Source of the DNA: Octopus bimaculoides
Taxonomy: Eukaryota
DNA: 64,000 bases
Reading direction: 5' to 3'
Assembly: GCF_001194135.2 (NCBI RefSeq)
Contig: NC_068987.1
Span: forward strand, 24,455,587 to 24,519,586
In this document: in pieces, positions 39,650 to 52,190 of the stretch
Position numbering within the stretch: the stretch's first letter is position 1
How the letters are laid out: each line of letters opens with the position of its first letter
Translations under genes and position numbers: made by a program
The notes under the pieces: generated by a model
The model's database searches: none
Told to the model about the DNA's origin: nothing
What the model saw: the letters and a program-made list of their open reading frames with translations, nothing else

Positions 39650-40862
39650 CACTAGCTATTGAGTCGTTGGCCAACACATCTCTACAAATAACACACTGCG
39701 GTTTTTGCACGCCCCAATCATTCATGGCTACGAAAGCGAATTGAATGTATGAGGAGTCATATTTCCGAGTGGAGCTAGTACGAATTCTTTTTGCCGGCAA
39801 TACTTCGGTTTCATTTACATCGCTGTCATCTGATTCAAAATCGCGTTCAGCAACCGGATATCTCGGCTTGATAGATTTGTCTATAGGGCCTCGCTTCGCC
39901 ATCTGTAAATTAGATATAAAAATAATCAATATTGTCGCAAATATTCGAGTGTTTCTATTATTCTAGTTAAGATAATTAGTTTTTTCTTAATTTTTTTTTG
40001 TAATGGAAGGAAATATTATCCATGCATAACAATTATAATTGAATTTTTTTCTTCATTTCAATGTGCGTTAAAAAGAAAATTATTATTCTGGTATAATCTT
40101 TGGAATCTGGTGAACGCGTTATTCTTAAATTGTATTTAAAAATTAAAGTTAAAATTTTTTTTTAATGTAGTAATAATAAAGAAGTCATTTGGGTATTATT
40201 AAAGGGACACAATCACAGTACACACACATACCCAATACACTTTTCCTGATTGATTTTTTTTTCCAGCCACTTGAGAAAACGGAACAGGTAGGTAAGGAAT
40301 TTAGTTAATTAAGATTTTTTGTTCTCATAATTTTTCTTAAAATACCCTTTATGGTTAATGTACTATTTTTTCTGATTTTCGTTTTCGGGTCAAGTTGTAA
40401 ACATTAATCGATCAGGTGGTTATGACAGGGCCCCAAATGACAAAAGCGTAGATATCCATATGATGCTCTCTGTTCAACTTCTTGATGGTAACTGCGGGTG
40501 ACCAGCTTAGTTACAAGGTTGCCAGATATCACCACTCACCAGAGCTCCACTACCTCAATTCCCCCACCCTTTTGATCTCATCACATCGCTAGAAACAACT
40601 GCCTTTCTACAAGCGCAAACACTAATATAATCTTAATACTACACCAATAAGCTCTGATCAATAGAAAATATATTGTCACATCACAAATATACTACATTTA
40701 ATTACACAATCTCTACCACGGTCAGTGAGTACCACACTCTACTGGCCAGCTGGTTAGTTGTTTACTACAGTGCATAAGGCGAATTGTGCTATTGTTTTTT
40801 TTCTTTTCTGGAAACTCGCCGCGTACCGGCACTGGTCCACGGACCACCACTTCGAGTAGACA
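39650..40862 (-). mobile_element. hAT (Buster/Charlie-like) transposon 5' part with BED zinc-finger start
   Basis: RKYDSSYIQFAFVAMNDWGVQKPQCVICRDVLANDS; Charlie-like subterminal ctactcgaagtggtggtccgtggaccagtgccggt at 40825-40860. Confidence 0.75.
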
Positions 40863-42270
40863 TAATGAGAGTTATGCTTCCTTACATAATTGACATACGC
40901 ATGCGTAGTGGGTGTGTTATCCATTTCTGTCTCGAGTCCCAACTGTTTTTATTACTCATCACAATACAAACACATTAATAACAATGTCTTTTATAAAATC
41001 ATTTCCGTAAGTATAAAAAAATCAGTATTAAATTTTGGAAGCACTATAGTCGTTAGTATTGTATGCATTCGTGGGCACTACTGACTTTTTGCTGACCCAA
41101 TTTTTCTTTATCTCATGATTGAAATATAAAAAGTTATTGTTTCGTTAATTACTCATATTTTCAACTCCATTCAATTACAAAAACAAATTTTTTTAAAATT
41201 AAATATGTAGAATTCTTAAATACTGATGTAGTGTAAATGTTTTTGAATACATCAGATACAGTATTTCTAAATAACTCTTTACACAAATTCGCCTAAAATC
41301 GTTTGTGTCTATTCCTTTATAAACTTGTGCGAGGGACTTTATATATATGAGGTATAATATTGTCTTATCGACAGTTTTGAAATAACTATCACTATTTTAA
41401 AGGGAAGGAAAAGGGCTAGAAATTGGGGGTGAGGAGAGGAAGCAAAATATTAAAAAAAAGAAACTGAATTTTTTTTTAAAAACAATTCCCTCAGAATTGT
41501 AATTCAAATTGTATGATGAAATGCAGGAAGTGGTGATGTGTGGAAATCCTACCTAGTTCCTTGCTCATCTGTCGGAGACATGTAATATTCTGGTATTCCT
41601 TTTCTTAAAAATTACTTTTAACTTTAAAATGTCTAGTAAATATAAATAGTTTTACTCACAAACCACTGAATTCAGTAGCATTATTGTGAATAATAGGAGA
41701 AAAAAAGATTGAGACCCTACATATTTCGTTGTTGCTACAAACGGTTTAATACATTATAACACTATATGATATTATAACTTAACCCAATTTTTATTTCGTT
41801 ATATTTTGTAAAAGTAAATTTTCAATACATTTTAAAATTTCCATCCCATTCAGAGTTGAATCTTCAGTCAAAATAGATTTTGATAACAAATGGTTATTCA
41901 GTTGTTTATATCTACAGTTTAAGCCTATTTTTCTACTGTTAAATCTCTTTGTAAGTATCCTCTATATCATACTGTTTCTCTTTTATTTCAGAATATAAAA
42001 TGATACTGGTTTAACATATTTACATCAAATGCAGAATCAATATCATCTTTTAAAGACTAAACAAACCTGTCATATTCAACATATAAACCTATTTGTATTG
42101 AGACTTGATTTACAGTCTCGAACATGCACAAGATCATCATCATTTAAAGTCCATTTTCCATGATGAATTTGCATTCTAATTAAACTTGGTCAAATTTACA
42201 AAGGAGTTTCGTGAATCTTCAGATATCAACAAGAACGAGAAAAATATAGTGTTGTGTGAGGAGAAAAATT

Positions 42271-43641
42271 ATGGAAAATGAATTATATGAAAACAAATCT
42301 AAATTTAATTCACTGTCTAACAGTATTGATTTTCCTGATTTGATGCTGAAAAAGATAAGGAAATCATCATACCATTGCGATATCTGTAAAAAGTCATTCT
42401 CTAAGAAGGGTAATCTAACTACTCACAAGCGTATTCATACAGGCGAAAAGCCATATAATTGTGATATCTGTGGTAAATCATTCTCTGAAGGCAGTAATTT
42501 AACTAAGCACAAACGCATTCATACAGGAGAGAAACCATATCATTGTGATATCTGTGGTAAATCTTTCTTTCAAAGAGGTCACTTAAGTACTCACACACTC
42601 ATTCATACAGGAGAGAAGCCATACCCCTGTGATATCTGTGGTAAGTCATTCTCTGGAAAAGGAGATTTAACTAAACACAAGCGCATCCATACAGGGGAAA
42701 AGCCATATCACTGTGATATCTGTGGCAAATCATTTACTGCAAGAAGTAACTTAAATACACACAAACATATTCATACTGGAGAAAAACCATATCACTGTGA
42801 TATCTGTGATATATCTTTCTCTCGTGGAAGTACTTTAACTGTACACAACCGACATATTCATACAAGAGAGCAGCCATATTGCTGTGATATATGTGGTAAA
42901 TCATTCTCTGAAACAAGTCACTTAACTAGACATATACGTATTCATACAGGAGAGAAACCGTATGACTGTGATATTTGTGGTAAATCATTTTCTGCAAGGA
43001 GTAACTTAACTACTCACAGACATATTCATACCGGAGAGAAACCATATCACTGTGATATCTGTGGTATATCTTTTTCTCAGACAAGTCATTTAAATACTCA
43101 CAAACATACTCACACTGGAGAGAAACCATATCAATGTGATATTTGTGATAAGTCATTCTCTCAGACAAGTCATTTAACTATTCACAAACGTATTCATACA
43201 GGAGAGAAGCCATACCAGTGTAATATCTGTGGTAAATCATTCTCTCAAAATAGTGATGTAACTAAACACAAACGCATTCACACAGGAGAAACTCTTTATC
43301 ATTGTAACATCTGTGGTATACCGTTCTCTCACACTGCTGAATTAACCAAACACAAACGCATTCACAGTGAAGAAAGACCATATTATAGTGATATCTGTGG
43401 TAAATTATTCACTGTAAGCAGTAAGCTGACTAAACACAGTCACAATCACACAGGAGAGAAGCCATATCACTGTGATATTTGTGGTAGATCATTCTCTCTA
43501 ACAAGTCACTTAACTGCTCACAAGCGTATCCATACAGGAGAAAAACCATTTCAGTGTGATATCTGTGGTCGGTCATTTTCTCAGACTGGTAACTTAACTA
43601 GACACAAGTATACTCATACAACTGAAAAAACATATGACTGA
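42271..43641 (+). CDS. G6: C2H2 zinc-finger protein, 14 canonical fingers plus 1 degenerate finger
   Basis: First ATG MENELYENK at 42271 (the ORF track starts at GTG 42256). YYSDICG finger lacks Cys1; one HxxxxH finger. Confidence 0.93.
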   Translation: MENELYENKSKFNSLSNSIDFPDLMLKKIRKSSYHCDICKKSFSKKGNLTTHKRIHTGEKPYNCDICGKSFSEGSNLTKHKRIHTGEKPYHCDICGKSFFQRGHLSTHTLIHTGEKPYPCDICGKSFSGKGDLTKHKRIHTGEKPYHCDICGKSFTARSNLNTHKHIHTGEKPYHCDICDISFSRGSTLTVHNRHIHTREQPYCCDICGKSFSETSHLTRHIRIHTGEKPYDCDICGKSFSARSNLTTHRHIHTGEKPYHCDICGISFSQTSHLNTHKHTHTGEKPYQCDICDKSFSQTSHLTIHKRIHTGEKPYQCNICGKSFSQNSDVTKHKRIHTGETLYHCNICGIPFSHTAELTKHKRIHSEERPYYSDICGKLFTVSSKLTKHSHNHTGEKPYHCDICGRSFSLTSHLTAHKRIHTGEKPFQCDICGRSFSQTGNLTRHKYTHTTEKTYD

Positions 43642-44363
43642 TGTCTGTAGTCAATCATTTCTTCTAAAATGCTGCTTAACTATATGTCTGTGTATTCATT
43701 TCCAAGAGTAACGGGATGAATGTCAAAGTTTATAAAAGGACATCTATAAAACTTTTACACAAAATACTGGAAAGACCTAACTGTGATAACAACATCCCAG
43801 CACTATTTATAACCACAATATCTACATTATGACATAAGAAAAGACATTACTGACTTTGTATAATAGATAATTGAGAATTCTCAAAAACCTGTGATAATAT
43901 TGTACAATTTATCTTACAAATAGAAACATAAACCATAAAGGATAATATTTTATTGCATTGTAAGAAGTTATATATATGATGCTTAATATATTCTGGATCT
44001 TGTATACATCCATTTTTGTAGCTTATATATATATATATATTTTGGTGCGAAATTTAATGGTCTCACATGAAGGGAATGATTTGTTTATCAGGAAGATTTA
44101 TACAATTTTTTTTTTTTATTTATTTATAATCTGATTTCTTCATGATTTGATGATTAAACTGAATGTTCATTTGCAAGTGACAGTGTAACTTCATTCAATT
44201 TAATGTAAATGCTATGTGTCATAATTTGCAAATTATTATTTAACATCCATGTTCCTTACTGACATGGATTGGATGATTTGGCAGCTTATGATGTGTTCAA
44301 GGACTGCATCATACTCTACTGTCTATTTTGGCATGGTTTTTATGTCCTTCCTAACACCAACTG

Positions 44364-44758
44364 TGAAGGCGCAATGGCCCACTGGTTAGGGCAGCGTACT
44401 CACGGTTGGAGGATTGCGGTTTCGATTCCCAGACCGGGCGTTGTGTGTGTTTATTGAGCGAAAACACCTAAAGCTCCACGAGGCTCCGGCAGGGGATGGT
44501 GGCGAACCCTGCTGTACTCTTTCACCACAATTTTCTCTCACTCTTACTTCCTGTTTCTGTTGTGCCTGTAATTCAAAGAGTCAGCCTTGTCAGCCTTGTC
44601 ACACTGTGTCACACTGAATATCCCCAAGAACTATGTTAAGGGTACACGTGTCTGTGGAGTGCTCAGCCACTTGCACGTCAATTTCATGAGCAGGCTGTTC
44701 CATTGATCGGATCAACTGGAACCTTCAACATCGTAAGCGACAGAGTGCCAACAACAAC
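44364..44758 (+). mobile_element. SINE family C nested in an older minus-strand family B remnant (44225-44815)
   Basis: TSD aacaccaact at 44353-44362 and 44759-44768; flanks rejoin as family B sequence. Confidence 0.8.
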
Positions 44759-45284
44759 AACACCAACTACTTTACAGTGTGAAATTGGGTGGTTCGTGCT
44801 ACCATCACTTGTGAGAATGCAGTTGTCAAGTTTTGTAATTTGCTTAGCACAGGTATAGGAACAAGGATCAAATAGCCATAAACTGCAAATTTCTATTTCG
44901 TTGTTGCAGAGGCATAACCAACAACAGAACATATGAGAAGGGGTAACAACATCAACTATAATCTTGTGTGTCTCTGTTTAATTTAATCAACTGTATCTTC
45001 GTTTTTTTTAATTGCAATATATAGAAAAAAATGGACAAATTCACATTAAACTTGTGCATGTTATGTGACTGGCTGTTTTTAATTATCTAAGCAAATGCTA
45101 TACATTTGTTATATATTGATTAGACGTTCAATACATAACACTCACCACCTCAATAAAAAAGTTGATTCGTTGGGTTGCAGCTGGTACACAATGGTTTTGT
45201 GAGGAAATCCACTTCTCTTTTTTATAATATTACTAGCAGATATACCTGGTATTGCTTGAGATTGAAATGGCACAGTTTTTTATT

Positions 45285-45410
45285 CTTTTACTTGTTTCCA
45301 CTCATAAGGCTTTGGTCAGCCCGAGGCTATAGAGTACACTTGCCCAAGGTACCACACAGTGGGACTGAACCATGTGGTTGGTAGACAAGCTACTTACTAC
45401 ACAGCCACAT
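45285..45410 (-). mobile_element. SINE family A, 5' part
   Basis: Reverse complement gtggctgtgtagtaagtagcttg...ggttcagtcccactgtgtggtaccttgggcaagtg. Confidence 0.75.
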
Positions 45411-45835
45411 ATATATATATATACATACATATATACACACATATATACATACAGACTTAGTCTGCTGTGATCAATCTACAAACAAACATATATAACATGT
45501 AAGGGTATATTTTTTTACCCTCTAAAGAAATTATGCTCAGAAATATGAATTTAATCATCATCATCATCATTTAACTGGCATCAGCAACATTCGGATGGTG
45601 CTTTTTGTGTTTATAATTGAAACACCTGTAAGGGATAATGATAATTTATTGCTGATAATAAACACTTATTAACTTCCAAATCTCCATTATCTTCATTTTC
45701 CTTTGCATGAATATAAATTACAGTTTATATACAAAATTATTATTTTAAGGAAATTTATTTCCCCCCCCCCCCAAATATCAGGTATTGAACCAGTATTTCC
45801 TTGTATGACACCATCCCTTCATAACCTCTAACTGA

Positions 45836-45877
<42 letters not shown>

Positions 45878-46021
45878 TGATATATCATATATACATATAT
45901 ATATATGGATTATATATATCATATATATTACATCTAGTATATATTTTATATACTGTATATATATATAGAATATGGTTTATATTATATATACTAAATATAT
46001 ATAGTATAATAGATACTATAT

Positions 46022-47520
46022 ATCATCATCGTTTAACGTCCGTTTTCCATGCTAGCATGGGTTGGACAATTTGACTGAGGACTGGCAAGCCAGAAGGCTG
46101 CACCAGGCTCCAATCTGATCTGGCAGAGTTTCTACAGCTGGATGCCCTTCCTAACGCCAACCACTCCGAGAGTGTAGTGGGTGCTTTTACGTGCCACTAG
46201 CACAAGGGCCAGTCACACAGTACTGGCAATGACCACGCTCAAAAAGGTGTTTTGTATGTGCCACCTGCATGGTAGCCAGTCCAGCGGCACTGGCAACGGC
46301 CTTGCTCGAATGATTTTNNNNNNNNNNNNNNNNNNNNNNNNNNNNNNNNNNNNNNNNNNNNNNNNNNNNNNNNNNNNNNNNNNNNNNNNNNNNNNNNNNN
46401 NNNNNNNNNNNNNNNNNNNNNNNNNNNNNNNNNNNNNNNNNNNNNNNNNNNNNNNNNNNNNNNNNNNNNNNNNNNNNNNNNNNNNNNNNNNNNNNNNNNN
46501 NNNNNNNNNNNNNNNNNNNNNNNNNNNNNNNNNNNNNNNNNNNNNNNNNNNNNNNNNNNNNNNNNNNNNNNNNNNNNNNNNNNNNNNNNNNNNNNNNNNN
46601 NNNNNNNNNNNNNNNNNNNNNNNNNNNNNNNNNNNNNNNNNNNNNNNNNNNNNNNNNNNNNNNNNNNNNNNNNNNNNNNNNNNNNNNNNNNNNNNNNNNN
46701 NNNNNNNNNNNNNNNNNNNNNNNNNNNNNNNNNNNNNNNNNNNNNNNNNNNNNNNNNNNNNNNNNNNNNNNNNNNNNNNNNNNNNNNNNNNNNNNNNNNN
46801 NNNNNNNNNNNNNNNNNNNNNNNNNNNNNNNNNNNNNNNNNNNNNNNNNNNNNNNNNNNNNNNNNNNNNNNNNNNNNNNNNNNNNNNNNNNNNNNNNNNN
46901 NNNNNNNNNNNNNNCTCATCCATTCTTGCCACATGTCCATACCAATGCAATCGTCTCTCTTGCACACCACAACTGATGCATCTTAGGTCTAACTTTTCTC
47001 TCAAGGTACTTACACTCTGCCGAGTATGCACACTGACATTACACATCCATCGGAGCATACTGGCTTTGTTTCTTGTGAGTTTACGCATGTCCTCAGCAGT
47101 CACAGCCCATGTTTCACTGTCATGTAGCATGGCTGTTCATACACATGCATCATACATTCTGCCTTTTACTCTGAGCGAGAGCCCTTTGTCACCAGCAGAG
47201 GTAAGAGCTCTCTGAACTTTGCCCAGGCTATTCTTATTCTAGCAGCTACACTTTCAGTGCACCCTCCCCCACTACTGACTTGGTCATCTAGGTAACAGAA
47301 GCTATCAACTAATTCTAGTTTTTCTCCCTGGAGTGTGGCAAAGGTTGTTTTCTGCACATTTTCAATGTTATTGCTCCTGAGCATCTGCCATATACAAAAA
47401 CTAACTTGCTAGTTAGCCTTCCTTTGATATTGCTGCACCTCTTATGTGTCCATAGCTTACACTGGGTACATCTTATGGAGTTTCTACCTACGCCTTTTCT
47501 ACAGATCGAGCATGTATATA
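46022..47520 (-). mobile_element. RTE LINE 3' part (PHD-like insert, RT end, C-terminus), gap, then family B 3' region
   Basis: CSICRKGVGRNSIRCTQCKLWTHKRC; GEKLELVDSFCYLDDQV; RIRIAWAKFRELLPLL; MLHDSETWA; RRLHWYGHVARM; family B tail at 46022-46317. Confidence 0.85.
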
Positions 47521-48165
47521 TTTCAATATGGAGCAAACAATTAACGTGAAAAACAATTCATGAAAAAATATAATTGACACTATTATTATCTAGTGTAACA
47601 ATTTTAAAATGATAATAACAGAATCAATAATATAGGCGATTGCAGCCCCCCCCCCCAAAGCATTAAATAGCTGAAGGATTAAAATTAATCAATTAATCAA
47701 AGGACATGCTAAGTATGTCTACCTGCTGGAAATAACAGTCAAAACTCTTATTTAAATTGCCAAAATACACTGATAATAACTACAGAAATCAACTGTCCAA
47801 AGGCAAACAGGCCAAGACAATCTCTCAGCATACATTCAAGTATTTGGACTCATGTGGACCAGTTTCTGGACTGGCATAAAAGCCTAACCTTCCTCAGCAT
47901 GCGTTACCATAATAGAGAGCCCCAACCTGTTGTGTTGAAGTCTGTGCTGCAACTGATTCATTTTGCATTGAAATCATGGCAGCCACCAGTGTGAAAATAA
48001 TTTCAATATAGAGCAAACAATTCACAAGAAAATAATTTGCAAAGATATCATTGACTCTGTTATTATCTAGTGTAACAATTTAAAAATGATAATAACAGAA
48101 TCAATAATATAGGTGATTGCAGGCCTCAAAAAAAAAAGCATTAAATAGCTGAAGGATTAAAATTA
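47521..48165. repeat. About 165-bp direct repeat (47521-47688 and 48001-48165)
   Basis: ttattatctagtgtaacaatt...gataataacagaatcaataatatagg...gcattaaatagctgaaggattaaaattaat occurs twice. Confidence 0.85.
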
Positions 48166-48769
48166 ATTTTTATATGTATATATAAGAAATGGGACAAAAA
48201 TGCAATAGAGGACAATAAAACATACGGACAGATAGATGATACAAAGGTGGACAGGAGAAACAAGAATTAGAAGGACAGGGAGAAAAAAAGGACGGGTCAT
48301 TTGTGGCCTTCTTTCTTCAGTCAAGATACCAGATGTCCTTACCATTTCGGGCAGCTATACTTGAGACGGTTCGATCTGGTTGCCCCCAAAAAAGTATAAG
48401 CTAAGAGCATTAGATTTTAAGTAAGAAAGCTAGTGAATGTGAACAGCAACAAAGACAAAAAACGGAGAACATGGTATACAATTACAAATACAAACAACAA
48501 GAATATAACAACAGGCATCTTTCGACTGAGAATGAATCAAATTGAGCTGGCAAGTATAAAGTGAAAGCCTAAAAGCAGTATGTATATATATAAGAGTAAT
48601 GGAAAATAGAGAGAAACGCACAAGATGTTATTTAAATCATTTATATCACTGTATCACCGACATATGTTTCAATTGATCAATTAAAATAAATCCGAGAAGA
48701 AGAAGAATGTACCAATCTCATCGTGGAGATTATAAACAGCAGTGCTCATTAATAAGCCATTTTTACAGA

Positions 48770-49480
48770 TGTAAGAAACTATAATATATAATATATGAAA
48801 AACAAAGAGCAAAAAATCAAGTTCCTCAAAAGAAGAAAGTGTTTGGAGTGCTGTTTTGATATCATTCATGCTTCTGAATGTTTTCCCACTTATAAAGACT
48901 GAACAAGTGTAAAATCTGTGAGTTAGAGCTTCCCAACCTAATGAATTTATCTCTTCTTGGATTGTCTTTGCTGAATGTAGCATTGCGTTATCATGTTGCA
49001 AGTTTGACTGGAGGTGGCTGTTTTTTGAGTAAAACTTGATCGACACATTCATGTCGTTGACAAAGTTCTGTGAGGATACTTTTCCTTTGTTTCAATAATT
49101 CAAAGTGAACAATACCAACTGTATTCCACCAAATACAAGGCAAAATCTTAATTTCAGTGTAGATCTGGTTCAGGTGTTGGAACTGTATTTTCAATTGGTG
49201 ATAGTCACTGCTTCTTACATTTATTGATGGCATAGATCCATTTCTCATCACCTGTTACATTTTGATTTAAAAAGGCATCTTTTTTTTCATTTTGATTTGC
49301 AAATTGCCAAAGCTCTGCTTTATTCTTGGGGAACAGCTCATGAGGTACCCAGCCCCCGTTTTTATACACGTTCCCAATCTGGAATAAGTTCCTATCACTT
49401 GACGCAGATCCTCTTTAATTGCTGTTTTGCTGCATTATTATTGAGAACAGTTGACGTTCTTGATTGATACCCAACCCCAA
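48770..49480 (-). mobile_element. Mariner transposase pseudogene
   Basis: WVPHEL at 49334-49351, VTGDEKW, IWWNTVGIVHFELL, LQHDNA..H.A..I...I..LGWE.L. Confidence 0.85.
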
Positions 49481-49699
49481 AAAATCAAAATCACCATTTT
49501 TTAATTTGTTATACTCCCTTTAGCATTTCTGAACCTTCACACCATACAATGTTTTCCCTTGTACATGTTGGATTTATGTGCATTTATATATACATACACA
49601 AATATATATGTATGAGTATATTTGTCAGATACTGGTAACAGGGAATCCAGCATACAATCTCTAATGGATATTTAATCATGATGTCTCTCCAACTCCACC

Positions 49700-50625
49700 A
49701 CCTGAGAGACCAACCAGTCTACTTGTCACAATTTCTTTGTCTACCACCCTGACATTACACTCCACTTACCTTTACCTGGACAGTAAACTCTCTAGGCTTA
49801 AGCAGTCCATTTTCACCATCATGGACAGATATGCCAATTCCTCTACGCCATAAATTTTATACATCACAACTTATCACTGTAAGGAACCTCAGATATACCT
49901 CTCCTCTGACAAAGAATCTTGTGTTATTAAGCCAGACACTTACAGTAGCCTAGTGTACCAACACCTCAGTAACAGTTGGACTTACACCAAAGTCAATGGA
50001 GTAACTGAATCCTACTGGAAGACATCATCAATAACACCTTGGTCAACATCTGCAATCAGTGTAAACTTCCAGGAAGTGTTAAAAATAACTTCACTAAGTG
50101 TAACAACAGGTTGCCTACCTTGTACCACCTGCTCAAGACACTCAGAGACTTAATCTCCAAATCAAACCATAGTATCCAACATAAGAGGGCCATTTTACAA
50201 AATCTTGTGCCTCATCTCTAGAATCCTGAGACATATAATTAGCTCGATGTCATCCAACAACTACACCAACTTGAATTTGATACTCTCAGATGTAATAGAT
50301 ACATTTTCAGCCTGGACATAATCCCACTTCAGTTTCTGCTCTCCCTGCTGTTGACTTGCTAATGGAATACATTGCATCATTGGACCTATACTGCTTCAAA
50401 CTTACCACCTTTGATATCCACACAGACTTATTGGTCATTGCCACCAACACACACTTTGACTTTCTCAAAAATTCATAGTGTTCAGATCTTCCAATGGGAG
50501 CTAGCCTTTCAGGCCCACTAGGTATTATTTACTTAGACTGGCTGGAGTGCAAAGTACTCAGTAACTACCACTCATGCACCTTCTTCACCAGATATGTAGA
50601 TGACATCCTCATGTGTAACTGACAT
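49700..50625 (+). mobile_element. Penelope-like RT fragment
   Basis: LPTLYHLLKT; PMGASLSGPLGIIYLDWLE; FTRYVDDIL at 50584-50610. Confidence 0.75.
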
Positions 50626-51798
50626 TTGCATTCAATCTGTACTTCTCTTTCTCATATTGATGTCTGTGTGATAAGGGACTGCATTGGGTCACATTCAACA
50701 CACTTGTCATGACTCATCTGTACTGTTAGCCATCAATCCCTCTCTTTTTGTCCATCTCTGTTATTATCTCTCTCTCTCTCTCTTCCTTTATTCCTTCCTT
50801 TGGCCTCAATCAGTTTTCTCAATCTTATTCTATTTTCACACTTTCATCTTGGTTATTCTGTTCTGCTTTCTCATCCATTCACTCTGTTGCTCATGTGGCC
50901 TTGAATAAATGAAGGCATAAAATAATGAAGATTTTTTAATATTGCAGAATACAAAAGAATCTTAAGGCCAGTGTTACAATAAAATGCATCAACTACACTC
51001 TGAAAAGGATAACATAGGGTCAGGGGGATACTTTAGTCTTGTTGTGGACGCAACCTTTGATACTGATGCCAGAGAGGGTATTACATATAATCTGTTATGC
51101 GGTTGGTGTTAGGATGCATATATAGCTTTAGGAACTACATCAGAAATGGAGTGTATAAGCAAGATGTAGTCTCTTGATCTATCCAGGAGGGCAGAAATCT
51201 GAATAAGAACTGATTTGGATTGTGATGACTCATCCAACACGACAGCATGGAAGCCAGGAGTAACACACTGACGATATGTCCATATGTATATATCATCATA
51301 CACACACATATTTATGTACACATGCTATATACACCAATCAAAAGTTACACATTCGAACTATAGAAGTATTCTTTCAGCGACTTAAGCCAATTTAAGCTGA
51401 AGAGAATTGAGAATTTATGTGAAAAATCTATGAGAAACATCATTGTGCATATAATTCTCCTCCCCTATAACGGTAACAATTGAGTTTAGAACAGTTGATA
51501 AATTCTTTAAAACTGAACAGTTCATTTTCAGCTATAATTCTTTTGATGCCTGAATATAAAACCTTACTAACCTTCCTTCCTCCAGCTTGTCTATCACATA
51601 TGCAGACAAATGGTGACTAAGCGTCAGCATTCAAAACTGTCATACTAAATCTTGGCTTTGCCCAAGCTAGAACATTTCTCAAATTAACAACATTTTTGAT
51701 TTCATAATCAACAGAAGTGAACTGGCCAGGGTTAGCACCCTATCTGTTATCGCCATAACTAGAGTTCTATGAGAGTAGACCATAGTGAATTCCACACA

Positions 51799-52190
51799 GG
51801 CGTAGGAGTGGCTGTGTGGTAACTAGCTTGCTTACCAACCACATGGTTCCGGGTTCAGTCCCACTGCGTGGCACCTTGGGTAAGTGTCTTCTACTATAGC
51901 CTTGGGTCGACCAAAGCCTTGTGAGTGGATTTGGTAGACGGAAACTGAAAGAAGCCTGTCGTATATATGTATATATATATATGTGTGTGTGTGTGTGTTT
52001 GTCCCCCCAACATTGCTTGACAACCGATGCTGGTGTGTTTATGTCCCCGTAACTTAGCGGTTCGGCAAGAGAGACCGATAGAATAAGTACTAGGCTTACA
52101 AAGAATAAGTCCTGGGGTCGATTTGCTCGACTAAAGGCGGTGCTCCAGCATGGCCGCAGTCAAATAACTGAAACAAATAAAAGAATAAAA
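51799..52190 (+). mobile_element. SINE family A, full length (tRNA head, CORE-like region, microsatellite, tail)
   Basis: A box tggctgtgtggta, B box gggttcagtccc, accttgggtaagtgtctt core. Confidence 0.85.

Noticed and set aside
40166-40769. Solo LTR (TGTAGTAA...TTACTACA) inside the hAT
   Set aside because: 8-bp terminal IR is present but the flanks (ttaa/gtgc) give no TSD; cannot support
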